Assembly: GCA_965203055.1 (NCBI GenBank) | Contig: OZ241863.1 | Coordinates: 2,272,001 to 2,336,000 of the forward strand | Length of the DNA: 64,000 nucleotides | Direction: 5' to 3' | Source: Spirochaetia bacterium | Lineage (GTDB): Bacteria; Spirochaetota; Spirochaetia; SZUA-6; Bin103 | Part shown: positions 31,250 through 40,567 of the stretch, piece after piece | Position numbering within the stretch: the first letter of the stretch is position 1 | Layout of the letters: each line of letters begins with the position of its first letter | Program-made: the position numbers and the translations under genes | Notes under the pieces: model-generated | Database searches by the model: none | What the model saw: only the letters and a program-made list of their open reading frames with translations | Told to the model about the DNA's origin: nothing

Positions 31250-32266
31250 ATGTTCGCCTGGGTATTGCACGGGCGGCGCGACCTGCGCCGCGAGCGGCGG
31301 CCCGATCCGGCGCCGGCCGCCCACGAAGTGGTACTGCGCGTCGAGCGGGTCGGGATCTGCGGCAGCGACGTCCACTACTACCGCGACGGCCGGGTGGGGG
31401 CGTTCGTGCCGTCCGGCCCGTTCGTGCTCGGCCACGAAGTCGCCGGCGAGGTGGTGGCGGCCGGGAGCGCGGTGGAGCGGCTGCGGGCCGGCGACCGGGT
31501 GGCGGTCGATCCCTCGCAGGCGTGTCTGCGCTGCTCCTGGTGCCGGAGCGGGCGCAGCAACCTGTGCCCGGAGATGCGCTACTTCGGCAGCGCGGCCAGC
31601 GATCCGCCGACCGACGGCGCGCTGTGCGAACTGAAGGCGGTGCCGGCCGCCAACTGCCATCGGCTCGGCGACGGCCTGAGCTACGCCTGCGGCGCGCTGC
31701 TGGAACCGCTGGCGGTGGCGTGCCACGCCGTGCTGCGCGCCGGCAGCCTGGCCGGGCGCCGGGTCGCGGTCAGCGGCGGCGGGACCATCGGCCAGCTCGT
31801 GGCCGCGGTTGCGCGCGCCCTCGGCGCCGGCCACGTGACGCTGGCCGACCCGCGCCCCGCGGCGCGCGCCGCGGCCGCGCAGCGCGCCGACGAGGTACTC
31901 GATCCCGCCGCCGGCGAGGCGCCGGCGGGCGGCCCTGCGCAGGTGACCTTCGAAGCGGCCGGAGCCGCGGACTCGCTGCGCTGGGCGCTGGCGCATACCG
32001 CGCGCGGCGGCACCGTGGTCCAGATCGGGACGCTGCCGCAGCAGGTCACCGCGCCCTTCAATCTGGTCATGGCCAACGAGCTGCGGGTGCTCGGCAGCTT
32101 CCGCTTCGCCGGCGGCTTCCAGGTCGGCGCGGCGCTGCTCGCCGCCGGCCGCATCGAGGTCGAATCGCTGATCAGCGCGGTGCTGCCGCTGGCGCAGGCG
32201 CCGGCGGCCCTGGAACAGGCGGCCGGCGATCCGGCCGCGCTCAAGCTGCAGGTCAGCCGGCAGTGA
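31250..32266 (+). CDS. Zn-dependent polyol/idonate dehydrogenase-like protein
   Basis: GICGSDVHYY, GHEVAG, LEPLAVACHA and LGSFRF. Confidence 0.85.
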   Translation: MFAWVLHGRRDLRRERRPDPAPAAHEVVLRVERVGICGSDVHYYRDGRVGAFVPSGPFVLGHEVAGEVVAAGSAVERLRAGDRVAVDPSQACLRCSWCRSGRSNLCPEMRYFGSAASDPPTDGALCELKAVPAANCHRLGDGLSYACGALLEPLAVACHAVLRAGSLAGRRVAVSGGGTIGQLVAAVARALGAGHVTLADPRPAARAAAAQRADEVLDPAAGEAPAGGPAQVTFEAAGAADSLRWALAHTARGGTVVQIGTLPQQVTAPFNLVMANELRVLGSFRFAGGFQVGAALLAAGRIEVESLISAVLPLAQAPAALEQAAGDPAALKLQVSRQ

Positions 32267-32337
32267 GCCGGCGGCGCGCCGCCTGCTGGCGCGCATTGCA
32301 CGTGGGGCCGGCGGGCGGGTAGATTGCGGCAACGAAT

Positions 32338-33000
32338 ATGCGTGTTGTTCGTACCGCCCTCTCCCTCCTCGTGCTGCTGCTGGCCGGCGCCGGCGCCGCG
32401 GTCGCCGACGGCCCCTACCTGAACGCCACCGCCGGCGTGGCGCTGGTGCCCGGCCTCAACGACGCTCCGTTCAAGTTCCTCGGACAGGCGGCGGCCGCTG
32501 TGACCGAAGACGAAGGCAAGGGTGACTGGGAGTTCGATGCCGGCTTCGTGGCCAGCGGCGCGGTCGGCTACCAGTTCGGCCCGGTGCGCGCCGACGCCGA
32601 GTTTTCCTACCTGACGGCGAACTTCGCCTTCACCGCCAACGACGCGGCGAAGGACGACAACCTCACGGCCCTGCTGCTGCTGGCCAACTTCTGGTACGAC
32701 GTAGAGATCGGCGGCATCGTGGCGCCCTACGCCGGGATCGGGGCCGGGGGCGCGAATCTGCTGGCCAAGCTGACCGCCGACCAGAACACCTGGTTCGACG
32801 GCTCCGGCTGGGGCTTCGCCTTCCAGGCAGGCGCCGGCGTGCTCCTCAAACTGGTGCCCGGAATCTCCTTCGACCTCGGCTACCGGTTCTCCGGCTCCCT
32901 GGCAACGGAGATATTCGACCGGGCCAATGCCGACCTGAGCAGCTTGAATCCCACCCTCATGGCCCATCGCATCCAGCTCGGCGTGCGCTTTCCCTCCTGA
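32338..33000 (+). CDS. Outer-membrane beta-barrel protein (8-stranded OmpA-TM/opacity-like)
   Basis: Signal peptide, GAVGYQFG, RADAEFSY, ANFWYD, PYAGIGAG and FAFQAGAGV. Confidence 0.8.
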   Translation: MRVVRTALSLLVLLLAGAGAAVADGPYLNATAGVALVPGLNDAPFKFLGQAAAAVTEDEGKGDWEFDAGFVASGAVGYQFGPVRADAEFSYLTANFAFTANDAAKDDNLTALLLLANFWYDVEIGGIVAPYAGIGAGGANLLAKLTADQNTWFDGSGWGFAFQAGAGVLLKLVPGISFDLGYRFSGSLATEIFDRANADLSSLNPTLMAHRIQLGVRFPS

Positions 33001-33097
33001 GCCGCGGACCGGCCGCCGGCCCGGAGCAACCGGTTGCTACCCTATCTCAAACTCGGTACATTACGGCTTGATCCCACCCCAGCGAGGCATTATACCT

Positions 33098-33829
33098 ATG
33101 CGTTCAAGCGCCGCTCTCCTTACTATCGCGTTGTTGTCCGTTCCCGCGGTAGCCACCTTCTCCCAAAGCGCCATGATGATGGAAAGCTCCGGCGTCTACG
33201 TGAACGTCGGCGGGGCGCTGACCCTCGTTCCCGGCCTGACCGGGGTACCGTACGAGAAACTTGATTCTGACCTTAACCTTGAGCACATGACGGCGGACGG
33301 AAAGAAGACCAACTGGGACTTCGATCTCGGGTTCGGCGCCGACGGCGCCCTGGGCTACGACTTCGGCAGCTTCCGCGCCGACGTGGAGTTCACCTACCTG
33401 ACCGCGAGGTCCGTCTTCGACGTCGACAAGACCAAGCGGCGAGAGAACTCCGACAAGGCCGACGACACGCTCACCGTGCTGGCGGCGACCGCCAACGCCT
33501 GGTACGACCTGGACACCGGCACTGCCTGGTCGCCCTACATCGGGATCGGCGTCGGCGCCGCCAACGTCCAGGTGAAACTCGCCACCGGCGAGGGGACGGA
33601 GGACCTGCACTTCGATGGCAATGGGTGGGGATTCGCCTACCAAGCCGGGGTCGGCGTCGCCCTCGAGGTTCTGACCGGGTTCTCGCTCGTGGGCGGCTAC
33701 CAGTTCTTCGGCACGTTGCAGACGACGGTGACGGACTCAGACAACAATACCGCGCCTGCCGAGGCTGGCACCGTGAGTCCGATGCTGATGGCGCACGGGG
33801 TGCAACTCGGCATGCGGTTCCTGTTCTAG
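33098..33829 (+). CDS. Outer-membrane beta-barrel protein, paralog of 32338-33000
   Basis: GALGYDFG, RADVEFTY, ANAWYD, PYIGIGVG, FAYQAGVGV and a terminal Phe. Confidence 0.8.
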   Translation: MRSSAALLTIALLSVPAVATFSQSAMMMESSGVYVNVGGALTLVPGLTGVPYEKLDSDLNLEHMTADGKKTNWDFDLGFGADGALGYDFGSFRADVEFTYLTARSVFDVDKTKRRENSDKADDTLTVLAATANAWYDLDTGTAWSPYIGIGVGAANVQVKLATGEGTEDLHFDGNGWGFAYQAGVGVALEVLTGFSLVGGYQFFGTLQTTVTDSDNNTAPAEAGTVSPMLMAHGVQLGMRFLF

Positions 33830-33882
33830 GACGGCGGAGCCGGAGCGCCGGCGGCGGCGCTTCAGCGCAGGCTGTCTGACCG

Positions 33883-34884
33883 TCAGCCGCGGCAGGCCAC
33901 TATCGGCAGGTCCTTCATCGCGTAGAGGCCGGGCGCCGCGGCCACCAGCGCCGGCGCGCTGTTGACGACGATGGCCGCGGTCGCGGTGTCGCCGGGGGTG
34001 CCTCCGGGGATGGTCGCCTCCAGATCGGGGGTGCCGGTAATGGCCACCGAATCGTGGGAACTCGGCGCGCCGACGTAGGCTTGGAACTCCAGCTCCACCA
34101 CCGGGCGCCCGGCGCATGACCCCACCGCGGACTGCTTCAAGCCGGCGACGCGGCCCACCGGCACCGCGGCGTGGGCGCTGCTCACCGCGCGATCCAGCAG
34201 CACCGGTTCGATCGACTCGCTGAAGTCGTCCAACTTCCAGCCGAATCCGGCCGCCAGCAGCGCCGCGGACTGCTCCAGGCCGACGTGGCCGAAGCCGCCG
34301 CCGGCCACCGCCGCGGCGAACTCCCGAGGCGACATGCCTACCCCGATCTTGCGCTGAAACGGCCCCCGCCGGGCGGCCGCGTCCTGCACCCGGGTCACGC
34401 GCACCGCGCGCACCTCGGCGCACACCGCCGACATGAACAGCGGCCAGGTATCCATCAGAAAGCCGGGGTTGACCCCGGTGCCGAGAATCGACACCCGGTG
34501 GCGGCGCGCCAGCTCCTGCAGCCGCGCCGCGGCCTCCGGGTCGCGGCCGCCGGGAAAGGCCAGCTCCTCGCAGGTGGACACCACGTTGGCCCCGGCGGCG
34601 GCGATCGCCGCAAGCTGATCGAACACCGCCGCCACCTGCGAACCGGTAGCATGAAACACCACCGCCGGGCGCAGCTCGCGCAGCGCCGCCGCGGCGTCGC
34701 CGCGCACCGTAACGCCGAGGCGGCCTCCCAGCCCCGCCACCTCGCCCAGATCGCGGCCCACCACCGCCGGGTCGACGTCGATCCCGCCCAGAACCGTGAA
34801 CTCCGGCCGCTGCGCCGCCAGACGCACGATGCTGCGCCCGATGGGACCGCAGCCAAACTGCACCACGCCAATCGTTCCTGCCAT
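33883..34884 (-). CDS. Dihydrodipicolinate-reductase-like / 2,4-diaminopentanoate dehydrogenase family protein
   Basis: GCGPIG, NVVSTCEEL, LGTGVNPGF and PGDTATAAIVVN. Confidence 0.8.
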   Translation of the reverse strand: MAGTIGVVQFGCGPIGRSIVRLAAQRPEFTVLGGIDVDPAVVGRDLGEVAGLGGRLGVTVRGDAAAALRELRPAVVFHATGSQVAAVFDQLAAIAAAGANVVSTCEELAFPGGRDPEAAARLQELARRHRVSILGTGVNPGFLMDTWPLFMSAVCAEVRAVRVTRVQDAAARRGPFQRKIGVGMSPREFAAAVAGGGFGHVGLEQSAALLAAGFGWKLDDFSESIEPVLLDRAVSSAHAAVPVGRVAGLKQSAVGSCAGRPVVELEFQAYVGAPSSHDSVAITGTPDLEATIPGGTPGDTATAAIVVNSAPALVAAAPGLYAMKDLPIVACRG

Positions 34885-34986
34885 GCGGCGCCCAGCATAG
34901 CAGGCTCCGCGCCGGCGTTGCACCGCCCCGGCCCGCGCCGTACCATGGCGGCCACCGATGAGCGCTACCCTTGCGGGAGGCCGGGC

Positions 34987-35757
34987 GTGAGCCGCCGGGC
35001 GCTGGTCATCCAGCACATTGCGGTGGAGACCCTGGGCGCCAACTTCGGCGCGGTGCTGGCCGAAGCGGGCTTCGAGACGATCCCGCTACTGGCGGCGGGC
35101 GCCGATAGTGATAGCGCGGGCCGGTTCGCCGCGCCGGAGCTGGCGGAGCTGGAGCTGATCGTCTCGCTGGGCGGCCCGCAGTCGGCCAATGACCGGACCC
35201 CGGCGCTGCAGCAGGAGATCGAATACCTGCGCGCGGCCGCCGCCGGGCAGCCGCCGGTGCCGGTGGTAGGAGTGTGTCTCGGCGCCCAACTGCTGGCCCG
35301 CGCGCTCGGCGGCCAAGTAGCGCCCACCGGCGGCTACCAGTTCGGGCTGCGCAAGATCGACGTGACCGCGGCGGGCGCCGTCGACCCGGCGTTCCGGGAA
35401 GTCGCCGTGCCGCTGGTGCCGACGCTGCACGGCGAGCGGTTCTCGGTGCCGCCGGGGGCCGCACTGCTGGCGACTGGCACCATGCTGCGGCGCGACGGGA
35501 GCTACGTCCGCATCCCCATGGCGTTCCGCTATGGCCTCAGCTACGGCTTCCAGTTCGAGCCGCAACTGACCTGCGCCGAGTTGCGCGTCTGGAACCGCGA
35601 GCTGGCCGGCGACTACGCGCTCATGGGCGAACGCTTCGACCCGCGCGAGGAGGCCGCCCGCAACCTGCGCGAGTTCACCGCATTCGCACCGTACCACGAA
35701 CGCCAGATGGCCCGCCTGCTCCGCGCCATCCTGCGCCAGGCAAACTACAACCGATGA
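34987..35757 (+). CDS. Class I glutamine amidotransferase-like protein with non-canonical triad
   Basis: IQHIAVETLG, LGGPQSAN, GVCLGAQLLA, and FQFEPQ where FQFHPE is expected. GGGAGG precedes GTG 34987. Confidence 0.75.
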   Translation: MSRRALVIQHIAVETLGANFGAVLAEAGFETIPLLAAGADSDSAGRFAAPELAELELIVSLGGPQSANDRTPALQQEIEYLRAAAAGQPPVPVVGVCLGAQLLARALGGQVAPTGGYQFGLRKIDVTAAGAVDPAFREVAVPLVPTLHGERFSVPPGAALLATGTMLRRDGSYVRIPMAFRYGLSYGFQFEPQLTCAELRVWNRELAGDYALMGERFDPREEAARNLREFTAFAPYHERQMARLLRAILRQANYNR

Positions 35758-35776
35758 CCATGCAGAAACAAAGACG

Positions 35777-38700
35777 ATGAACGGAGCCGATACTGTGGAA
35801 GGAGGAGAACACGTCAGGTTGAGAGGGAATCCCGGACGACACGGAATGACAACTGGCAAGACCCAAACCGTTGGAAGCTTTCTGATGGTCGAGGTCGCCT
35901 TCGGACCCAACGAACGGCAATTCAAGCGGTATGACTTGCTGGAACCTGTCGAGCCCGAAGAGGACATGCTGGACCTTCTCGCTACGGGTCGATGCGGCGG
36001 TCCGATCGATCTCCGGCGCGTATTGACGCTGGCGAAAGTCAAGGGCGACCTCACGAATGTGTTCTATTCGATGGAGGCCAGCAATACTGACTTCTATCCG
36101 CACCAATTCAAACCAGTTCTGAAGTTTATCGAGTCGACTGTAGGGCGGCTACTCATCGCCGACGAGGTTGGTCTGGGCAAGACGATTGAGTCAATCTACA
36201 TCTGGAAAGAGCTGCAGGCACGGGAAGACGCACGACGACTGCTCATTATAGTCCCTGCAATGCTGAGGCAAAAATGGCGAGACGATTTGCAACAGCGCTT
36301 TGGTATCTCAGCTGAAATCATCCGCGCCAAGGAATTGGTTGATAAGGTCGAAAGTTTTTCACAGCGACGACTCATCAATCATACATTTACATTGATCACC
36401 AGCCTTGAAGGATTGCGAACTCCAAGAGACTTTCATGATGAAGACAACACTAGCCCTCGGGCCGTGTTCGGCCGCCTCATGGATCGAAACACAGCGACCG
36501 ATGATCTTGCGTTGTTCGATCTCACAATTATCGATGAAGCGCATTATTTGAGGAATCCACAGACGGCAAGCAATCGTCTGGGTCGATTGGTGCGCGATGC
36601 ATCGCGTAACCTTGTGCTGCTGACTGCCACACCAATCCAGATCAAGACCGGAAATCTCTATCAGCTGCTTCGCCTGGTAGATGAGGAACAGTTTTTCCAG
36701 GATGGCTTGTTCGAAGATATGCTGCAAGCCAATGCACCCATTATTCGTGCGCTCCGATCGATTTGGCGTATCCCTCCGGAAATAGAAAACGCTCGAGAAG
36801 GTATAGCGGATGCGCTCGCTAACCGCTACTTTGCCAATGACCCGATCCTCGGCAGAGCAGCTGAAAAAATATCGGACGCCACTGACGATCCAGCGGCACG
36901 GGTTGAACTTGGAAGACTGCTCGAATCCCGGTCTCTTCTTGGCCAGTACATGACCCGCAGTCGAAAACGGGAGGTCCTCAAGCGGCGAGTCGAGCGCGCC
37001 GCGCAGGTGTTACACGTGTCCTTTAGTTCTCAGGAACGGTCGGTATATAACACAATAACACGGAAGATCCGCGAACGCATGGCCGAAACAGAGGGAATGG
37101 CGACGTTCGCACTGTGCACGCGCCAACGACAGATGGCAAGCTGCCTGGTTGCGGCGCTTGAGCGTTGGCGCGAATGGGATCTGATAGAGGAAGTAATGTC
37201 GGAGGATATAGGATCATCGTTTCGACAAGAAAACACTCATATGGATCAAGAAGACGCTCATATAGATAACGAATTACTGAGCGAAGAGATCCTCGCTGAC
37301 ATAGATATCAGGGATTTGGAGAGGGTTGATTCCAAATACCTACGGCTGCGTGAATTCTTGCGCAACGAGTTGTCGGAGCGTCCGGCAGATAAGATAGTGA
37401 TGTTCTCATTTTTCCGCGGTACACTGGCATATTTGCAGAAGCGGTTGGAGCAAGATGGCTTGCAGACGGCTCTGATCATGGGAGGTATGGGAGACGAAAA
37501 GCAGAACGTACTGCGACGGTTTGCGTCGTCTAGTGGACCATCGATCTTGTTGTCGTCGGAAATCGGCAGTGAAGGAATCGACCTTCAGTTTTGTCGTCTT
37601 GTAGTGAACTACGACTTGCCGTGGAACCCCATGAAAGTCGAGCAGCGTATCGGCCGCTTGGATCGTCTTGGGCAGACGGCGGATAAGATATCGATCGTCA
37701 ACTTGGCGCTGCAGGACACGATAGAAGACAAGATCCTGTTGCGGCTATATGACCGGATTGATCTTTTTAGGGATAGCATCGGAGATCTCGAAGAGATTCT
37801 AGGGGAGATCACAGAGCAACTCATGGTCAAGCTGTTGGCGCCGGACCTTAGCGATGAGCAGAGGGACAGATTGGCGCGGGAAAGTGAGCTTGCCATCGTC
37901 AACAAACGTAAGGAACAGGAGCGGCTTGAGAGTGAAGCGGTCAATCTCATTGGATTCACGGATCATATACTTGATAGCGTCACGGAGACTCACGCGCAGC
38001 GTCGGTGGATCAGCGGGGGCGAGCTTATGGCGTTGGTGGATGACTTCTTTGCACGTCATTATCCCGGCACGCAGATCAGTCGCCTTTCTGGTGACCTAAT
38101 GGCGGCAAGAGTGGACCTTTCTATCGAGGCTCGTGCTGATCTTGCCGCCTTTATCAGTGCCTCGCGGCCGGTGGAACCGACCGGGTTGCACAGGCGAGTA
38201 TCAACTTGCCTTTTTGACCCGCGTCGACCAGGAATCGGCACCCGTATCGAGCGAGTCGACGCGACCCATCCGCTAATTCAATGGATATGTAGTAGGCTGG
38301 AAAGTAGTGCCATATACCGGGTATCGGCGGTCGATCTTTGCCGCCTCAGGACAAGCGTCGGTCCCGGGAAGTACACGTTCGCAGTACATAGATGGGAGTT
38401 TACGGGTTTGCGTGCGCGACGTGTGCTGAGCTTCAGAGCCGCCGATTTGGCACGTAGCCATGTGCTGGATGCGGAATTGTCTGAGGGACTGGTGGTAGCT
38501 GCGTCAAGGTACGGAGCGATGTTGACCAATGTGGAGCATGCCATTGGTGATCTCGACGTGATGGCGGCTGTAGAACGCTGTGAAGAATCGCTCTACAGTG
38601 AGTACGAGCAGTTTGTGCATGATTTCGAAGCCGAGAATGAACTGCGGTGTAATACTCAGGAAATGAGCGCACGGAGATTCTCAGATCGAAGAATCCGTGA

Positions 38701-38881
38701 ACTTGAAGATCGGCTGCGGCGATTTAGAGACAACGATCAGGCGCACCTGATACCGATGACAGAAGGCTTGTTACGGAGAGAGAGAGTACAACTTGAAGCG
38801 AAGCTCCGGAAGGTGAAGGAACGGCGCAATACCGACCCGACGGTGGAGCCGTTGGCCGTCGGCATTATCAGGGTCAGGTAA
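35777..38881 (+). CDS. SNF2/RapA-like helicase (1034 aa)
   Basis: PHQ Q-motif, ADEVGLGKT, DEAH, LTATP, SEGIDLQ and YDLPWNPMKVEQRIGRLDR. Visibly lower GC than the flanks. Confidence 0.9.
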   Translation: MNGADTVEGGEHVRLRGNPGRHGMTTGKTQTVGSFLMVEVAFGPNERQFKRYDLLEPVEPEEDMLDLLATGRCGGPIDLRRVLTLAKVKGDLTNVFYSMEASNTDFYPHQFKPVLKFIESTVGRLLIADEVGLGKTIESIYIWKELQAREDARRLLIIVPAMLRQKWRDDLQQRFGISAEIIRAKELVDKVESFSQRRLINHTFTLITSLEGLRTPRDFHDEDNTSPRAVFGRLMDRNTATDDLALFDLTIIDEAHYLRNPQTASNRLGRLVRDASRNLVLLTATPIQIKTGNLYQLLRLVDEEQFFQDGLFEDMLQANAPIIRALRSIWRIPPEIENAREGIADALANRYFANDPILGRAAEKISDATDDPAARVELGRLLESRSLLGQYMTRSRKREVLKRRVERAAQVLHVSFSSQERSVYNTITRKIRERMAETEGMATFALCTRQRQMASCLVAALERWREWDLIEEVMSEDIGSSFRQENTHMDQEDAHIDNELLSEEILADIDIRDLERVDSKYLRLREFLRNELSERPADKIVMFSFFRGTLAYLQKRLEQDGLQTALIMGGMGDEKQNVLRRFASSSGPSILLSSEIGSEGIDLQFCRLVVNYDLPWNPMKVEQRIGRLDRLGQTADKISIVNLALQDTIEDKILLRLYDRIDLFRDSIGDLEEILGEITEQLMVKLLAPDLSDEQRDRLARESELAIVNKRKEQERLESEAVNLIGFTDHILDSVTETHAQRRWISGGELMALVDDFFARHYPGTQISRLSGDLMAARVDLSIEARADLAAFISASRPVEPTGLHRRVSTCLFDPRRPGIGTRIERVDATHPLIQWICSRLESSAIYRVSAVDLCRLRTSVGPGKYTFAVHRWEFTGLRARRVLSFRAADLARSHVLDAELSEGLVVAASRYGAMLTNVEHAIGDLDVMAAVERCEESLYSEYEQFVHDFEAENELRCNTQEMSARRFSDRRIRELEDRLRRFRDNDQAHLIPMTEGLLRRERVQLEAKLRKVKERRNTDPTVEPLAVGIIRVR

Positions 38882-38882
38882 C

Positions 38883-40178
38883 GTGCGTATGAACCGCCCG
38901 GAACGACGTCGAAGACGTTTTCGTGTAGAGCCGTTGCATGTCAATCTTGGTATTGACTTTGGTACAAGCTACACCAAGGTCTGTTATCGAGATGTCGGTT
39001 CTGATAAGTCCGGTGTCCTTACCTTCGAAGGTGGACCATACTTACCTTCGATTGTGCTCATTGGTGAAAATGGCACGCTAAGCACCCCATTAGCCAATAA
39101 CGGTCGAAGTTCGACGGAAGTAGCATTTCTGAAGATGCGGATAGGTGAATACACTAATTCGCAAGATTCTATGTTCGTACAGGCGTTGTCCAGCTACTAT
39201 CTTGCCGAAATCATTCGTGGTGCAATGGACAGATTCAGGATTCAGGAGTCCGAATTGTCTGATCGACGACAGATTAGATGGTCGGCCAATATTGGAGTTC
39301 CGGTAGACCACTATGACTCACCAAAGTTAGTGATATTCAGAAAGGTATTCGCGATAGCGTGGATGTGGGCGGTATCGAACGGTGTCCCTACTACAGTCCA
39401 AGGTGCGATCGAACAATATCAGATTGGGGAAGGAGAGGTGAACCTGGCAGCCACGGATTGTCATGCAGTACCGGAGATCGTTGCGGCGGTATGGTCGTTC
39501 GTTACATCGCGTGCAGCACGGCCCGGAATATACACCTATTTCGACATCGGTGGAGGTACTCTTGATGGCGTCTGCTTCGGGTACGAGAACAGCAAAGGAG
39601 CTCGCCTTATTCGCTGTTACTCGGGCAAGGTGGCTCCGTTAGGCGTCAGTTTGCTTACGCATGGTCTGCGCCGTCCCGGGGGCGGGAACATTGAGAGAAT
39701 GCTCACTGCAGATTCGCTTCCATCGGCCTACATCCTTAATCATCTTGCGAAATACGAGAACCAAATTAGGACGCTTGTTGCAGAGATCGTCATGACTGCT
39801 AAGTGCAAGATTTGGGGAGGATTCAGGGGGATTTACCTGGAAGATAGTGTGGATCTACTTCCCATCTTTCTTGGAGGTGGAGGATCTCGTTCCGCGTGGT
39901 ACCAATTGGTCATTAAGAGTACCTACGGAAGTCGTCAGCTCGACAGAGCCGGGATCCCTCGCTTCGATCTGAAGGAGGTTCCTAAGCCGCCCGACCTAGA
40001 GATGAACAGCCTTTCTGATGACAATATTTTTTCGCGGTTTACTATTTCCTATGGTCTTTCCGTGCCAGCCGGCGAGACGCCGAATTTCTTCTTACCTGGT
40101 GGCGCTTATCCAATCCCGCCTAGTCAGAAGCCGAACGATATCCCTCCGTTCGAAACACACAAAGATTTGTACGAATAG
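38883..40178 (+). CDS. Hsp70/actin-fold (ASKHA) ATPase without a substrate-binding domain
   Basis: Phosphate-1 LGIDFGTSYTK, connect-1 VPEIVAA, phosphate-2 FDIGGGTLD and adenosine FLGGGGS motifs. Confidence 0.75.
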   Translation: MRMNRPERRRRRFRVEPLHVNLGIDFGTSYTKVCYRDVGSDKSGVLTFEGGPYLPSIVLIGENGTLSTPLANNGRSSTEVAFLKMRIGEYTNSQDSMFVQALSSYYLAEIIRGAMDRFRIQESELSDRRQIRWSANIGVPVDHYDSPKLVIFRKVFAIAWMWAVSNGVPTTVQGAIEQYQIGEGEVNLAATDCHAVPEIVAAVWSFVTSRAARPGIYTYFDIGGGTLDGVCFGYENSKGARLIRCYSGKVAPLGVSLLTHGLRRPGGGNIERMLTADSLPSAYILNHLAKYENQIRTLVAEIVMTAKCKIWGGFRGIYLEDSVDLLPIFLGGGGSRSAWYQLVIKSTYGSRQLDRAGIPRFDLKEVPKPPDLEMNSLSDDNIFSRFTISYGLSVPAGETPNFFLPGGAYPIPPSQKPNDIPPFETHKDLYE

Positions 40179-40567
40179 CTGCGGCGATGTATCGCTACAT
40201 GCGCGGAGACAAGCAAGCGCATCGTCCGGCTACTGTCCGAGCGTTGAGTTGCATTTTGGTTACGGCCCCGTGTCCTGCCACCGTGGACCCAAAGGGGAAC
40301 GCATCGAGTCCAAAGCGCACGGCGCAGATGATCGACAGGACGGGCGGCGTTTGGCCAAGACCAAACGGTGCGGCTTGTTTACGGCGACCTGCACCGGGAA
40401 TGGTGGATCGGGGACATGCGTCTGCCGTACCTACGCTCGGCTCCTCATGCGCTGATCGTACCTACAGTCGAGCCGTGGCTGCCTACGGACCACTCAAGGA
40501 TGGAATCATCCTGTACGGGCTCGCGAGGGTATTGACCAGCGCCGCGCGCTAGGCGACGGTTGGGGTC

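Noticed and set aside
35777..40178. DISARM or Zorya system, or housekeeping rapA/dnaK
   Set aside because: No drmABC, methylase or zorABC genes adjacent. The Hsp70-like protein lacks a substrate-binding domain, and the composition looks foreign.
40187..40552. 121-aa ORF after the ASKHA gene as a third island gene
   Set aside because: No RBS or recognisable motif; probably island-edge debris, though not excluded.
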